Positions 12,131-23,456 of a DNA stretch of 64,000 bases are shown in pieces. This DNA is from Selaginella moellendorffii. Taxonomy: Eukaryota > Plantae > Lycopodiophyta. The DNA is taken from positions 248,001-312,000 of the forward strand of contig NW_003314400.1 in the NCBI RefSeq assembly GCF_000143415.4, in the 5' to 3' direction. Both the position numbers and the translations under genes were made by a program. A model generated the notes under the pieces. That model was given only the letters and a program-made list of their open reading frames with translations. It was not told the DNA's origin and did no database searches. Position 1 is the stretch's first letter. Each line of letters opens with the position of its first letter.

Positions 12131-12871
12131 AACACCTCGGCAAACTGCCCATTCTGCTGAAAATCGAACAGAAATCCGACTCCAGCGTGACAGTTTCAGA
12201 GCTAATAATCTCGCTGGGAATCTCAAGGACGAATCTCCAGCTTTTAAATCGCACGCTGCAGGCTGCAGCCCCTCCTCTACCATATCCTTCAAAATCTGTT
12301 TTGTCACAAAGCTTTTAAGATCGTCATAGAAAAATATACCCAGACTCACCAGCAATGCCAATGTTGCTTTTGACTCCTCTATCCTTTGCCCATTCAGACA
12401 AAGATTTCTCTGCGTTCGTTCCTCTCGCACGGAGCGGCGAAGTTGCCTACATTGCTTTCATCAGTGCCAAATTCATCCAGCCTTTCCAAAACCATTTTCT
12501 CGAGCTCGGAATCCGTGCTGGAAACCAGCAAAGATCGAACGACACCGGGGGCCGCCATTTCGGTTCGAGCACTGATCATGCCTCTTTCATCGTCTTCCAG
12601 AAAATAACATTCTGTCTGAGAGCAATGAAGAAAAACAAAAGGCCACTGGCATTTCTCTTTGCTGGGCGCAGCTTGAGGCCTCGATCCTCCAAAATCCTCT
12701 GCATTTCATCCAAACTTCATCCTCTACACACTCGCGCCGCCCCTGGCGCTAACCCTAACGAACATTCTCTTAAATTTTAAAAATTAAATAGCTGCCACGT
12801 ATACCAATCTTTCTGTGCCTATGGCGAGCGAGGCTGCGATGGCGCTGGCGATGCCGCTCGGCTGCTGGTGA

Positions 12872-13603
12872 GTGATTCTTGCCAGATCGTCTGGGAGTAC
12901 TGATCTTCGCCGAGCGCCTCAAGATGAGAGGGGGCAGATTTCTCAACTCTCTGCGGCAGCTAGCCAGGCAGCCAGTGAGCAACACGCCTTTGATCCGCAA
13001 CGCATTCGAGCTGGGGCACGGCGTTTCCAAGCCGATCAAGCAGGGGTGTATGTCGCCGCCGTCCAAGGAGAAGCAGTACTTTTTGATCGGGCTCTCGTCG
13101 TCGATGAAGCAGCAGCACGCTGCTGCCATAAGAACTTGCTGACTTCCACACACATCAAGAACAGCAGCTCTGCCGCTGCTATGGTGCAAGAACCTCTGGA
13201 AGATAAAATGGAAGCTCCTCCTCCGGTGGAGGACAATGTGGTTCCTCTTGCACTGGAAATATCTTCTCCGGAAGAGCAAGTTTGTGATGCTGGGATTTCT
13301 CCCGGTTACTAGGGCGTGTGTTTCGGCAAGCCGAACGATGTTGGGCCGACGATTTGGAATCCCTTCCGGGTAAGTTCGTATGTTTTTTGAGTCCGATCAT
13401 TGATGGTTCTAACTTGGAGAGCTTTTCAGCCATCGGAGAACCGGATAATTGAAGCTGAGGCGAGTATCGACGTAAACAAGCACAGGAACCCAGAGAATTT
13501 CTCCGACCAGTTCCTGCAGCAGGCCATCCGATTTGGAGTCCGGATAGAAAGGGCCGAGCTCCGTGAATGCACCACCTCCGAGCGACGAGCATCCGGGTCC
13601 TGA
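12872..13603 (+). other. Unidentified, probably fragmented coding-like region
   Basis: Overlapping GC-rich ORFs with GT-AG-like breaks, preceded by AACCCTAA at ~12751. No family was recognised. Confidence 0.25.
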
Positions 13604-13876
13604 AAAACCGGCATTTTAGAAAGAAAGAGAGGACGAGAGAACCATTTGGATATCAAGGAAGAGGAACGAGATAGAGTTCACATATATCCGGCACATGGCA
13701 TACTGCTTGAACGAAGGCCTGGAAGATCTTTGACAAGATCAGCTGCTGGAGCCCCAGCGACGAATCCAGCCAGCCAGAAATCCCAAGCAGCAGCAGCAGC
13801 AGCAGCACAGATGGACGAGGCCCCGCATTATCAAAATGGCCAAGAGACAGTCTATCAAAGGGAGAGTAAATGGCCA

Positions 13877-14026
13877 TCTAATGAAAGGTGAAACCGTGTG
13901 ATGGTGCTCAAGATCCGTCATAGCATATATGGAATGGAAAATGTACATATGTGTGACATGGTGAACCGGTGAAGACTCGTGTCTCTCCACGTGGACTAGC
14001 CACGTGGCACAGGGCCACTCTCAACA
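13877..14026 (-). repeat. 3' LTR (150 bp)
   Basis: Matches 18261-18399 apart from 2 substitutions and an 11-bp indel. Confidence 0.95.
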
Positions 14027-17000
14027 CTCCCACTGGCACTGTGGCCATCACAAGTGATGCTCATCAGTGGAGAAAGTCCCAGCCCTTCGCGATGGACTTG
14101 AAATCGATCTCGGGGTAGTGCTTTTGTGAAGATATCTGCAACCTGAGTGGTCGTGTCGCAGTAGATCAGCTCAATTGTGCCATCTTCCACTTTCTCACGA
14201 ACAAAATGATGATGAATCCCAAAGTGTTTGGTGCGTGAATGAAAGCGAGGATTGGCCGCTAACGCAATGCAGCTTTGATTGTCACAGAAGAGGCGAGTGG
14301 GAGTCTTCACACTCACACCAAGGTTAGAAAGTAGTGAGCGTAACCACACACCTTCTTTGGTAGCTTGTGAGGCTGCCAAATATTCTGCTTCAGTACTAGA
14401 GGTTGCCACTGTACTTTGCTTCCTGCTGCACCACGAGACTGTCGCACTGCCCAGGGAAAACGAATAGCCAGAGGTGGACTTGCGTGTGTCACAGTCTCCC
14501 CCAAAATCAGCATCACAGTAGCCCGTGAGGGTAAGCGCTTTTCCCTGGTAGCACAATCCAAGGTAAGTAGTACCTCGAAGGTACCTGAAGATGCGTTTCA
14601 CCGCTGCCCAATGTTGAGATCCAGGATTAGCCAGGAATTGGCTAACTTTGCTCACGGCAAAAGAAATATCTGGGCGCGTACAAACAGCTGGATACATGAG
14701 ACTGCCAACAGCCTGTCTGTAAGGAATGGAGTCCATGGCTCTCTTGTCGTCCTCTGTCTCAGGAGACATGGCTCGTGAAAGCTGGCAGCCTAGTTCCATT
14801 GGTGTCGCCACTGGATTAGAGCTCGTCATAGAAAACCTGGCCAGCATCTCTTCTATATACTTGGCTTGGTGAAGATAGATAGTGCGTTGAGAGCGATCAC
14901 GCACAAGTTCCATGCCAAGAAAGTAGGAAGCCGAGCCAAGAGTTTTCATCTCAAATTGGCTGCAAAGATCTCGCTTAACCTGGAGAAACATTAAGCGATG
15001 ATTATGGATGACAAGAGTATCATCAACATAAAGAGCGATGATCACAAATGATTCACCCTCCACCCGAATATAAAGATTCGGGTCTGCCTCGCTACGGGAA
15101 AAGCCCACACTTAGTATAAAATCGTCAAAGCGTTTGTACCAAGATCTGGGTGCTTGTTTCAAGCCGTAGACAGCTTTCTTGAGAAGCCAGAGATGATCCT
15201 CTTTTCCAGTGGCTAGAAATCCTTCTGGCTGTGCCATATAGATTTCTTCTTCAAAAGAAACGCCGTGGTCACATCCATCTGTTCCAGATCAAAGTCTCCC
15301 ACCGCAGCAAAATTAATCAAGGAACGAAGAGTAGAATGCTTAACCACTGGAGCAAAGGTGTCGTTGTAGTCAAGTCCAGGAACTTGCGAGCATCCTTTCG
15401 CCACCAATCGCGCCTTGTAGCGAACCGAGCCATCAGGATTAAGCTTCAGAGCATACACCCACATGCTCTTGATAATCTGGCGATTGGAAGGCACAGTTGG
15501 AACAAGAACATGTGTCTCGTTCTTTTGCTGTGAAGCAATCTCGGCTTCCATTGCTACATGCCAGTAAGACGCTTCCTGTGAGGCCATGGCTTCTCCATAG
15601 GTCCTCGGAACAGTAGGAGTCCCAGCTGCACGAGAGGAGACCATTGTCTCGATGAGACGCTCAGTAGGCCGCCTTGTGCGGATCGATCTGCGTAGAGGAT
15701 CTGGAGGAGGCGGCGGGGTTGGTGGTGTTGGAGTAGAAGCGGCCATGGGTTGTTGCGTAGGGACTGTTTGAAGCAGCACAGTGATCGTGCCGACAGTCAA
15801 CTGATCTTGTTCCGCTTCAACGTCATTTTCTTCGGTCAAGGTAGGTCTGGAAGTAGAACCTTGACTAGAAGGAAGAAACGAATTCTCGTTGAAAACCACA
15901 TCTCTGCTCAGGATCTCCTGCTTCGTGATTGGATTCCAGAGACGATAGGCTTTGTGATCGAGGCTGTAGCCCACAAACACAGCCTTCTGGCTCTTGGGGT
16001 CCAATTTCTTCAGGGATGTGTGCCCACGCTTCACACCCGAATATTCTCAGATGCGTAACTGTAGGTTTCTTGCCACTCCATGCTTCTTCAGGAGTGATGT
16101 CAGCAAGGGCAGAGGTGGGGAGCCGGTTCTGGAGATAGTTCGCCGTCAAGACAGCGTGAAACCAGAAGCTGCGAGGCAAACCACTGGAAAGTAGCATTGC
16201 CCGAGCACTCTCCACTAGTGTGCGATTCTTGCGCTCAGCTACGCCATTCTGTTGTGGGGTCTCTCGCGTTGTAAGTTCTCGCACAATCCCTCCTGGCTCA
16301 CACAGCTGGTTGAAAGCATTGGAAGTGAATTCGCCTCCACCATCACTTCTCAATCGCTTGAGCATTTTCCCAGTTTGTGTTTCTCCCATATCCTTGAAAG
16401 TCTGGAAGTAGTGTAACGATTGGGATTTGCGAGCCATAGGGTAGATCATAGTGCGACGACTGTAGTCATCAATGAAACTGATAAAGTATTGGATACCTCC
16501 CACTGCTGTGGTGGCCATCGGGCCACACAAATCAGTGTGTACAAGTTCCATGAGCTCTGTAGTTCGAGATGCTCCAGTCTTGGGGAAAGGTTGGCGAGTA
16601 GATTTTCCGAGCTGACAGCCCTGGCAAAATGGAAGAACGGCTCTTGGGTCCAGGTCTAGACCTTCAACCATCTGCTCGCGTGCTAGCTGCTTGATTATAT
16701 CAGCACTAGGATGCCCCAGGCGTGCGTGCCAAAGCTCCAGTGAGTGACTGGTCGTTGTCTTTTGTGCGTGTAGGCCCAGACTCCGTCCAGCAAGATCTGG
16801 CAGCATGGTAAGGCGGTAGAGGTCACGCCGTCCAGGCCGGGACGCTGTGAGGATGGCTCCTGTGGTCGAGATCAGCTGGAATTGGCGAGGTGTAATGGCG
16901 AACTGATACCCATCCTCAGCAAATTGTCCCACAGAGAACAAATTAGCACATAAACCAGGAATATAAAGAACCTCGTGGATCTTTACGACTATTCCTTGTG

Positions 17001-18090
17001 GTAAAGTGAACTTGATGGTTCCAATTCCTTTCACTGCAAGCTGCTGGGCATTGCCAACGATGACATACTCCTCTGTGGCTGTAGGAACATAGGCTTCAAA
17101 GTACTTATCACTGTTGAACATATGGTCTGTAGCAGCAGAATCCAGGTAGATGCATTCTGCAGACAGTGCTGCCACAGCCATAGCTCGTGACAAGATGAAG
17201 GCGTGTACCACCTTTTTCTTTGCATTGTTCCTTACAGGCCTGAGAGATGGATTTTTCACCCCGCATTGAGCTTCGTCATGGCCTTTCTTGTTGCAATGAG
17301 AACACTTGGGCTTCTTGGATGAAGAGGCTCCTTGTTTCCCTTTGTTCACTGTTTCTTTCCTGAGAGAAGAGTAGAATGCAACGGCCTCTGATCCTGTTGT
17401 TGCTCTTCGTCTCAGATCATCGTCCTGGAGGCTACTGATCACGCCATTCAGGGTTAGAGGAGTTCCACTGGTAGTGAGGCTACGTATGAGAGGATCAAAG
17501 GATGGAGGAAGTGTGACGAGCACCAGCTCTGCTTCTTCTTCATCCTCTATGTTTGCTCCCACATCCTTAAGATCATCTAAGATGGTTCTCACACCAGCAA
17601 GATGATCCTTGAGGTCATCCCCTTCAGCCATCACCAATGCATGAAGCTGCTTCCGTAAAAATATGCGATGGGATGTTGAAGGGATCTGGTAAGTCTGCTT
17701 CATGGCCTCCCACGCTTCCTTTGCACTCTTGCACCGTCCAATGCAATGGAATTCTCGCCCCTCCAGCGCTGCATGGAATTTGCCCAAAGCTCTCCGGTCC
17801 TTCTTGCGATACTTCGCAGTTTCATCCACTGTAGCTGTATCTGGAAGTGTCTCAGTTCCTGTGGTGATGTCCCAGAGGCCTCGTTCATCCATATAGGATT
17901 CGAATTTTGTCTTCCAGAAGCGCCAGTTCCTCCCATCAAATTTTGGTGGATTTGCGTCCACTGAAACGATATCCGCTGTAGGCACAGTCGGATTTGTGAT
18001 GGGAGAGGAAATAGGTGGTGGATTTGGAGGCGGATTTGTAGGAACAGTGGCTGCCATGGGTGCCGACACCCAATCCCACCACTCGTTCAA
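13996..18090 (-). pseudogene. Copia gag-pol polyprotein in three frames
   Basis: Zn knuckle CSHCNKKGHDEAQC, protease YLDSAATDHM, LWHARLGH, integrase VHTDLCGP/LRSDGGGEF/QQNGVAER, RT YKARLVAKG/LYVDD, RNase H DADFGGD/ADIFTK. Deletion frameshifts at ~16010 and ~15250. Confidence 0.95.
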
Positions 18091-18260
18091 GTCTAGGTCC
18101 AGGTTCTTAGTCGTCCAGTGCCTCTTGCAAGGCCTGGAGCGTTTGGATTAGGGCACGCCTCTGTCTACGTAGACGGAGGCTCCGATTCACCCTAGCAAGT
18201 GTCGCCCTGATCCTACGGTTTCGAATTCTTCTGGCTCTCCCAGGCATTGCTCCGATACCA

Positions 18261-18399
18261 TCTAACGAAAGGTGAAACCGTGTGATGGTGCTCAAGATCC
18301 GTCATAGCATATATGGAATGGAAAATGTACATATGTGTGACATGGTGAACCGTGTCTCTCCACGTGGACTAGCCACGTGGCACAGGGCCATTCTCAACA
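18261..18399 (-). repeat. 5' LTR (139 bp)
   Basis: Starts TGTTGAGA, ends TTAGA and directly abuts a tRNA-iMet-type PBS. Confidence 0.95.
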
Positions 18400-18439
18400 G
18401 GCCAGCGGTAAAGAACGGGTTTTTTCGTGTGCTCTGAGT

Positions 18440-18810
18440 GGGAGCACAAGATAAACTGCTGGTACGTTGGTACTTCTCTGACGCGGTGCCTCTTTTCATC
18501 TCGCCCATTGTAAACGTCCTCGGGAGAGCACTCCGAGATTGGCAGCTTGGAGGCCATGCAGCAGGATTTATGGAAATGAATTCGATGACGAAGTCCTGAT
18601 GGTCTGCGGCCATTTCGCTGCTGCTGCTGTGTCAGAATTGCTTTGGGGCCAGTAGCAGCAAACCCCCTTCCTAGCGTACCATGAAAGCTTGAAACTTTCC
18701 GGAACTTCTAACCTTGAGCTTGAGACGCGCATTTGTGATGTCCGACCAGTCCACAAGACCTCTACAAAGCAAAACTCTGCTTTGAGTACAAAACATCGAA
18801 AGTAACTTCA
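18440..18810 (-). pseudogene. Second, more decayed UMP synthase (ODC domain) fragment
   Basis: Co-linear with ~19731-20095, including intron sequence. Reads DFVIEFISINPAAW. Confidence 0.8.
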
Positions 18811-18849
18811 GGCCAAGTCACAAGCAAAAGCTCGCTAACGAATTTGCAA

Positions 18850-19130
18850 GGATACATGTTTTTGGCGCGTTCTTCTTGCACAGCTCCTGTGGTTAATGCA
18901 AGAATGACCATCGATTGAGCAAGAGGACTGGACATACAGGACTCCACCGCCTGGTTTGTCTTTGTAAGACACTCTTCACTCTAGAAAAAACGTAGAGCCA
19001 GAAAATGTTTTGGGTTTCTTGATATGGAGGATTGGCAACTACTACATAGAAATGCTGCTTGAACTTGTCCGGCAGATCTTCAGGATGGTTGTAGTTGTGT
19101 ATGTGAACTCAGAACCATAACGAGAGAAGT
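18850..19130 (-). pseudogene. EFM5/N6AMT2 (EEF1A lysine methyltransferase 1)-like fragment
   Basis: NYNHPEDLPDKFKQHFYVVVANPPY / SEECLTKT / ILALTTGAVQEERA, resembling the DPPY-LSEECL-TGA family motifs. Confidence 0.65.
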
Positions 19131-19327
19131 GATGATCATACTGAAAAGAGTAGCGCACTCGCTTCCACAAAAGATCTGCATCGCAAGCATAGCAATAATT
19201 AAGAAAAATTGTAAGAAGTTATCATGAGTTCCATAAACCTTAACCCTAAAACATTCCAATGTGTAGCTTATCTAAGGATATCGCCCACAAAGCCCAGCGG
19301 ACGGTCACGATTGGCGCTTTGCGCCAT

Positions 19328-21205
19328 TCAAAGGCGGGAGACTGTGATTGAGATGCTTTTCAGGTACGCTTGCCACCCAGCGTGCATAATTCCTCTTCCA
19401 ACGATGATTATATCCCTCTGTCGGTCAGCAATCACCTATAACATCCACAGGAAGAATTTGCAAGTGTCTGGATGATATCCAAGACGGCCTCTTCGTTCTT
19501 GAACACGAGCTGCCGGAGCTGCTTGATGTTCCGGAGCTGTGGCACTCGATGCACGCAACGAAAAAAAGAGAAGAACCGAACGAGCAAAGAGAAGAAACGG
19601 ACGAACAAAACAGAAGAAAGGAACGAGCAAACAGAAGAAAACTCCTACATTTTCAGGAGTGCTGTACTGCTGGCCAAGATCATCGCCCCCGGCGCTCGTC
19701 TGCACTCCGGGAGTCATGTGGATGAATCCGGGATTGGCAGCTTGAGCCCACGCGCAGGATTTATGGAGATGAATCCCATGACGAAGTCTGGATTGTCCGC
19801 AGCCATTTTTTCTGCTGCTGCTGGGTACTCGCCCTGTGCTAGAGTTCCTTTGGAGCTCATCTCGGCAAGTAGCAGCAAACCCCGCCCCTTCGCCAGTCCC
19901 TATAGCCAACAAAAGACGTAGAGTTTACCATGAATGCTTGAAACTTTTTGGGACTTCTAAACCTTGAGCTTGAGACCGTCAATGCTTCCAGGGCCAGGCA
20001 CCATGTGCGCGTTTGTGATATCCGACCAGTCCACAATCTTAAACGGACCTCTACAAACAAAAACTCTGCTTTGAGTACAAAAACATCTGAAGTAAAAGGA
20101 TTGTATCTTACCCCTCGTACTGCATAGAAACCGTGTTGCTGATATCAGCAAACTTCCGGTCCTCAAAGATCATAAAATCGTGCTTCTCCGCAATCTGCAA
20201 ACACACATTTTGCATATCAGAGGCCAAAAGGAAAGACCATGAGAAGGAAGAAGCAATAGACTCACCGCACGAAGCTTGACTGTGAGCTCCTCGCTAAAAT
20301 CCGAGAGCACATCAACGTGCGTCTTGAGCACGCATATCTCAGGCCCGACCTGTATGACCATCACAAACCTTGGATTCAGTGACAAACAGAAAAAAGAAAG
20401 ACAAAACGAACTCACAGCGTCGGCAAGCTTGAGAAGCTCCTCGGACGTCGTGACGTCCGCCGCAACACTCAAGTTACTCTTCTTCTGCTCCATGAGGTCC
20501 AAGAGTTTCTTCCCAGCAGCATTCTGCGCAAGCACGGCCCTTTCTCCATACGCCAACCTCTTTGGCTTCTTGGCGGCGACAAGAGAAGAAGCAGTTGAAG
20601 GAAGCTCCGCCCTGTTAGATCGAACAAAGCTCTTCACGGACGCCGCCACCTCCTCGCGCACTCTCCCATGCTTCACCAGAACATCCACCGCGTAGGTCAG
20701 AGTGATGGCGGAGTGGAGCCTCAATCCATGCCTGCGAAGGTTGTCGCCGCCACCCTGCTCTCTATCGATCAACACCACCACGTCCGAGACCTTAAGCCTC
20801 GCGGCGGTGAGAGGCTCCACGGTCTCGAGCACCGATGCGCCGCTCGTCACTAGATCCTCGATCACCAGGCACGACTGGCCGCTGGAAAAGACGCCCTCGA
20901 TCGCCTTGCGGGTGCCAAAGTCCTTGACCTCCTTGATCACCATTGGCACATTGTGCGCGAGAGAGATGCACGTCGCGATGGGCAGCGCGGTGTAGGGGAC
21001 GCCGCAGAGGAGGTCGAACGGGGCGGCGCCGGCAACGGCGGCGGCGGCGGACCAGAGCGCGGCGGAGCAAATCAGGGTAGGAAACGATCACCCGGAGATC
21101 GATGTAGATTGGCGAGATGATGCCACTCTTGAGCTTAAACTCGCCGAATTTCACCGCCTCCGCGTCGGCGAGCGCAAGGACCAGCGCCGCCGCCGCCTCC
21201 CACAT
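19328..21205 (-). pseudogene. UMPS: UMP synthase (OPRT + OMP decarboxylase), intron-containing, disabled
   Basis: [86 protein letters not shown]. Frameshifts at ~21060 and ~19755 plus short deletions. Confidence 0.88.
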
Positions 21206-21244
21206 TTCTTTCTATACGAGGTCCTAACTCTTGTTCGTAGATTC

Positions 21245-21660
21245 GTGGATGATTATACGCCGGATCACCCGACCTGGACGAGTGCCGCCATCGCGATCGA
21301 CCACGACACGGCGTTCTTGTCAGTGATCTCCTCGAATGCCGCCATGGAATCGTCGAAGCTCTGGCAGTGGGCGTGCATTCTCACAGCACGGTGGATCGAT
21401 CCATCTGGTCGCCAGCAATCGCGTAGATTGCCTTCCCAGATCCAACAACCCGGGATCGCAGCACGCCGAGAGCGCAGTGGCGATCGTCGCAGCGTCCGGC
21501 AAACAGCTCCACGACCTCTTGGAAGAGATCCAGGCACTCGCGATGGCAGCCACTGCGGGCGGGCATACGCAGCATGCATGGCATTCCACGTCGAAGACTT
21601 TAGGAGACAGGTTGGAAAATTCAGCAAAAGAACACCGCCGGATGCGCGAGAGATTCCCGG
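21245..21660 (-). pseudogene. PPR fragment
   Basis: PDAATIATALSACC and AFEEITDKNAVSWSIAMAALVQ in different frames. Confidence 0.7.
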
Positions 21661-22070
21661 GTAAGCCCTAAACCCTCGCATGCTACACGTGGCAAAATCC
21701 ACGAAAACAGCAATCGGGAGGAGTTTAAATGCCATTGTCACCGTCGTGAATTTTCTCGAAGCAAAGAAGCTTAATAGGATGGAACAAGATCATGATTCTC
21801 ACAACAAAAGGATCAATCCAGACTCGACGATCGTTGTGCAGAGATCTTGATGGAGCACGAAAGTTCACTTTGCGAGGACGACGCCGTGTCATGGGCAACA
21901 TTTATCAGAATGCTCCGATCAATCCCTTTGATTTAATGACCGTTTTTCTAACAAAGACAATACTGGTTAAGGAAAGAAGAGAAAGAACAAAAATGAGAAA
22001 AGAGAAAAACTCGAGATCGACAATTTCGAGGAAGTAGTCACGTAGCTATTTTCCTTCCGTGAGCTTCAAA
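21661..22070 (+). repeat. Dispersed repeat (copy at ~39870-40447), PPR-derived
   Basis: Shared blocks GCTACACGTGGCAAAATCCA, TTTTCTCGAAGCAAAGAAGC, GATCTTGATGGAGCACGAAAGTTC and AGTCACGTAGCTATTTT. Confidence 0.85.
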
Positions 22071-22268
22071 GAAGTTTGACTACGCTTGACTTGGCATGAG
22101 CCGTTAAGTAATTTTGAAACGGGCGGTTGAATTCGATTGCTGATGGCAGATCAACTCGACCTGGCTGTGCATGGACTCGCCACCATGGCGTCCAAGATCA
22201 GTCTCTCTATGCAAAGATGGAAGCCCTGTGAACGATATGTACAAAAGATCACATTATTTTATTATATC

Positions 22269-23110
22269 TCAACCTAAACCATTGCAGGATGGCATTCTCC
22301 AGGTATAAGGATCAGAAATTTTTACTGCAGCTTGATCTTCTATAGTGTTGGAGCACCAACACAAGCTATTCATCTTTTCCTTGAATTTATCTTTACTCAC
22401 TTCATAAATACCATGAAATCTGTACCACAAACATGATTCACTGCATTTAAAAGTAACATTGTGATTTCTAAAGTCAATAACTGCTGAGTGCTTGTGAAGC
22501 CAATGTTTCCCAAAAAATATACTATCAGAGGAGTCTTTAAGAACACCAAATGTTCTTCTCTTAAAAAACTTTCCCAAGTTATAAGTTACCATAACCTTTG
22601 TCCAATTGATCAGCTGCAAGTGGCCTCATTCCAAAATACTTGTGACGAACTATAGGGAGTCCAAGTTTCTTGACAAGATCAAGTATTATCTATTAGGATT
22701 TTGATTTTGTAGTCATTGATTCTCCCAGGGCAATACAGATCATAAAATGTATTACATATATGTTGATTTATCCTTCTAAACCTTCTTGACCGAGATAAAT
22801 TATTGTCACCAGTGAGACAATACCCTCTATTTCAAATGTTATTATACCTTTACTACCACTACAATCTAACTGTAGGGATGTATCCAGGGTGAACCTAACA
22901 TTATATCGTTATTTGAAACAAGTGGTAATATAGTGAAAGTTTCTTTTAATTCACAGGCGTGTCTTGTAAATTTAAAATCCTTAACATGACAAATTTTATC
23001 CAATGTGATATTGAATTCTTCTGTTAATTTTTGTGACATAATAACAACCACAATCTCACTCAACCTTTCAGCGTTAAATTTTCCAAACGCTAAAACTTTT
23101 ATATTTCTTC
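22269..23110 (-). mobile_element. AT-rich retroelement-type aspartic protease (retropepsin) remnant
   Basis: TFTILPLVSNNDIMLGSPW and FGVLKDSSDSIFFGKHWLHKHSAVIDF resemble the D-hh-LG-x-xWL...IDF retropepsin C-terminal motif. Confidence 0.45.
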
Positions 23111-23456
23111 TTAAGGATATTCTTGTTTATTGGGCGGATGACCAACAGGTGAATGCTATGATCAACGAGACTGCGAGTTCCCCTCGTCGCATGGTCTTCA
23201 CGATTCATCCCATGCATCACTGAGAAGTCGTCGCTACTTTACAACTCCTGGGATTGCTCCTACAAGTTCGCAGATGAGCTCCCCGGGAGCATCCAGCAGA
23301 AGCCATCTTCCGGATTGGGGAGGACCACGGATTGTTCCTGGGGAGTTCTTGGTTTAGACCTCGCCCCGTGGTCATGGAATGGATCGATCCTGCTAAAAGA
23401 AGAGAAGCTCGGGCGATTCATGGTGGGAAAAATAAAAGGTGTAGTGTGTACCTGTG

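Larger units (their letters stand above)
13877..18399 (-). mobile_element. Full-length Ty1/copia LTR retrotransposon, frameshifted
   Basis: LTRs at 18261-18399 (5') and 13877-14026 (3'). 5-bp TSD GGCCA at 13872-13876 and 18400-18404. PBS TGGTATCGGAGC at 18249-18260 and PPT AGTGGGAG at 14027-14034. Domain order is gag-PR-IN-RT-RH. Confidence 0.97.
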
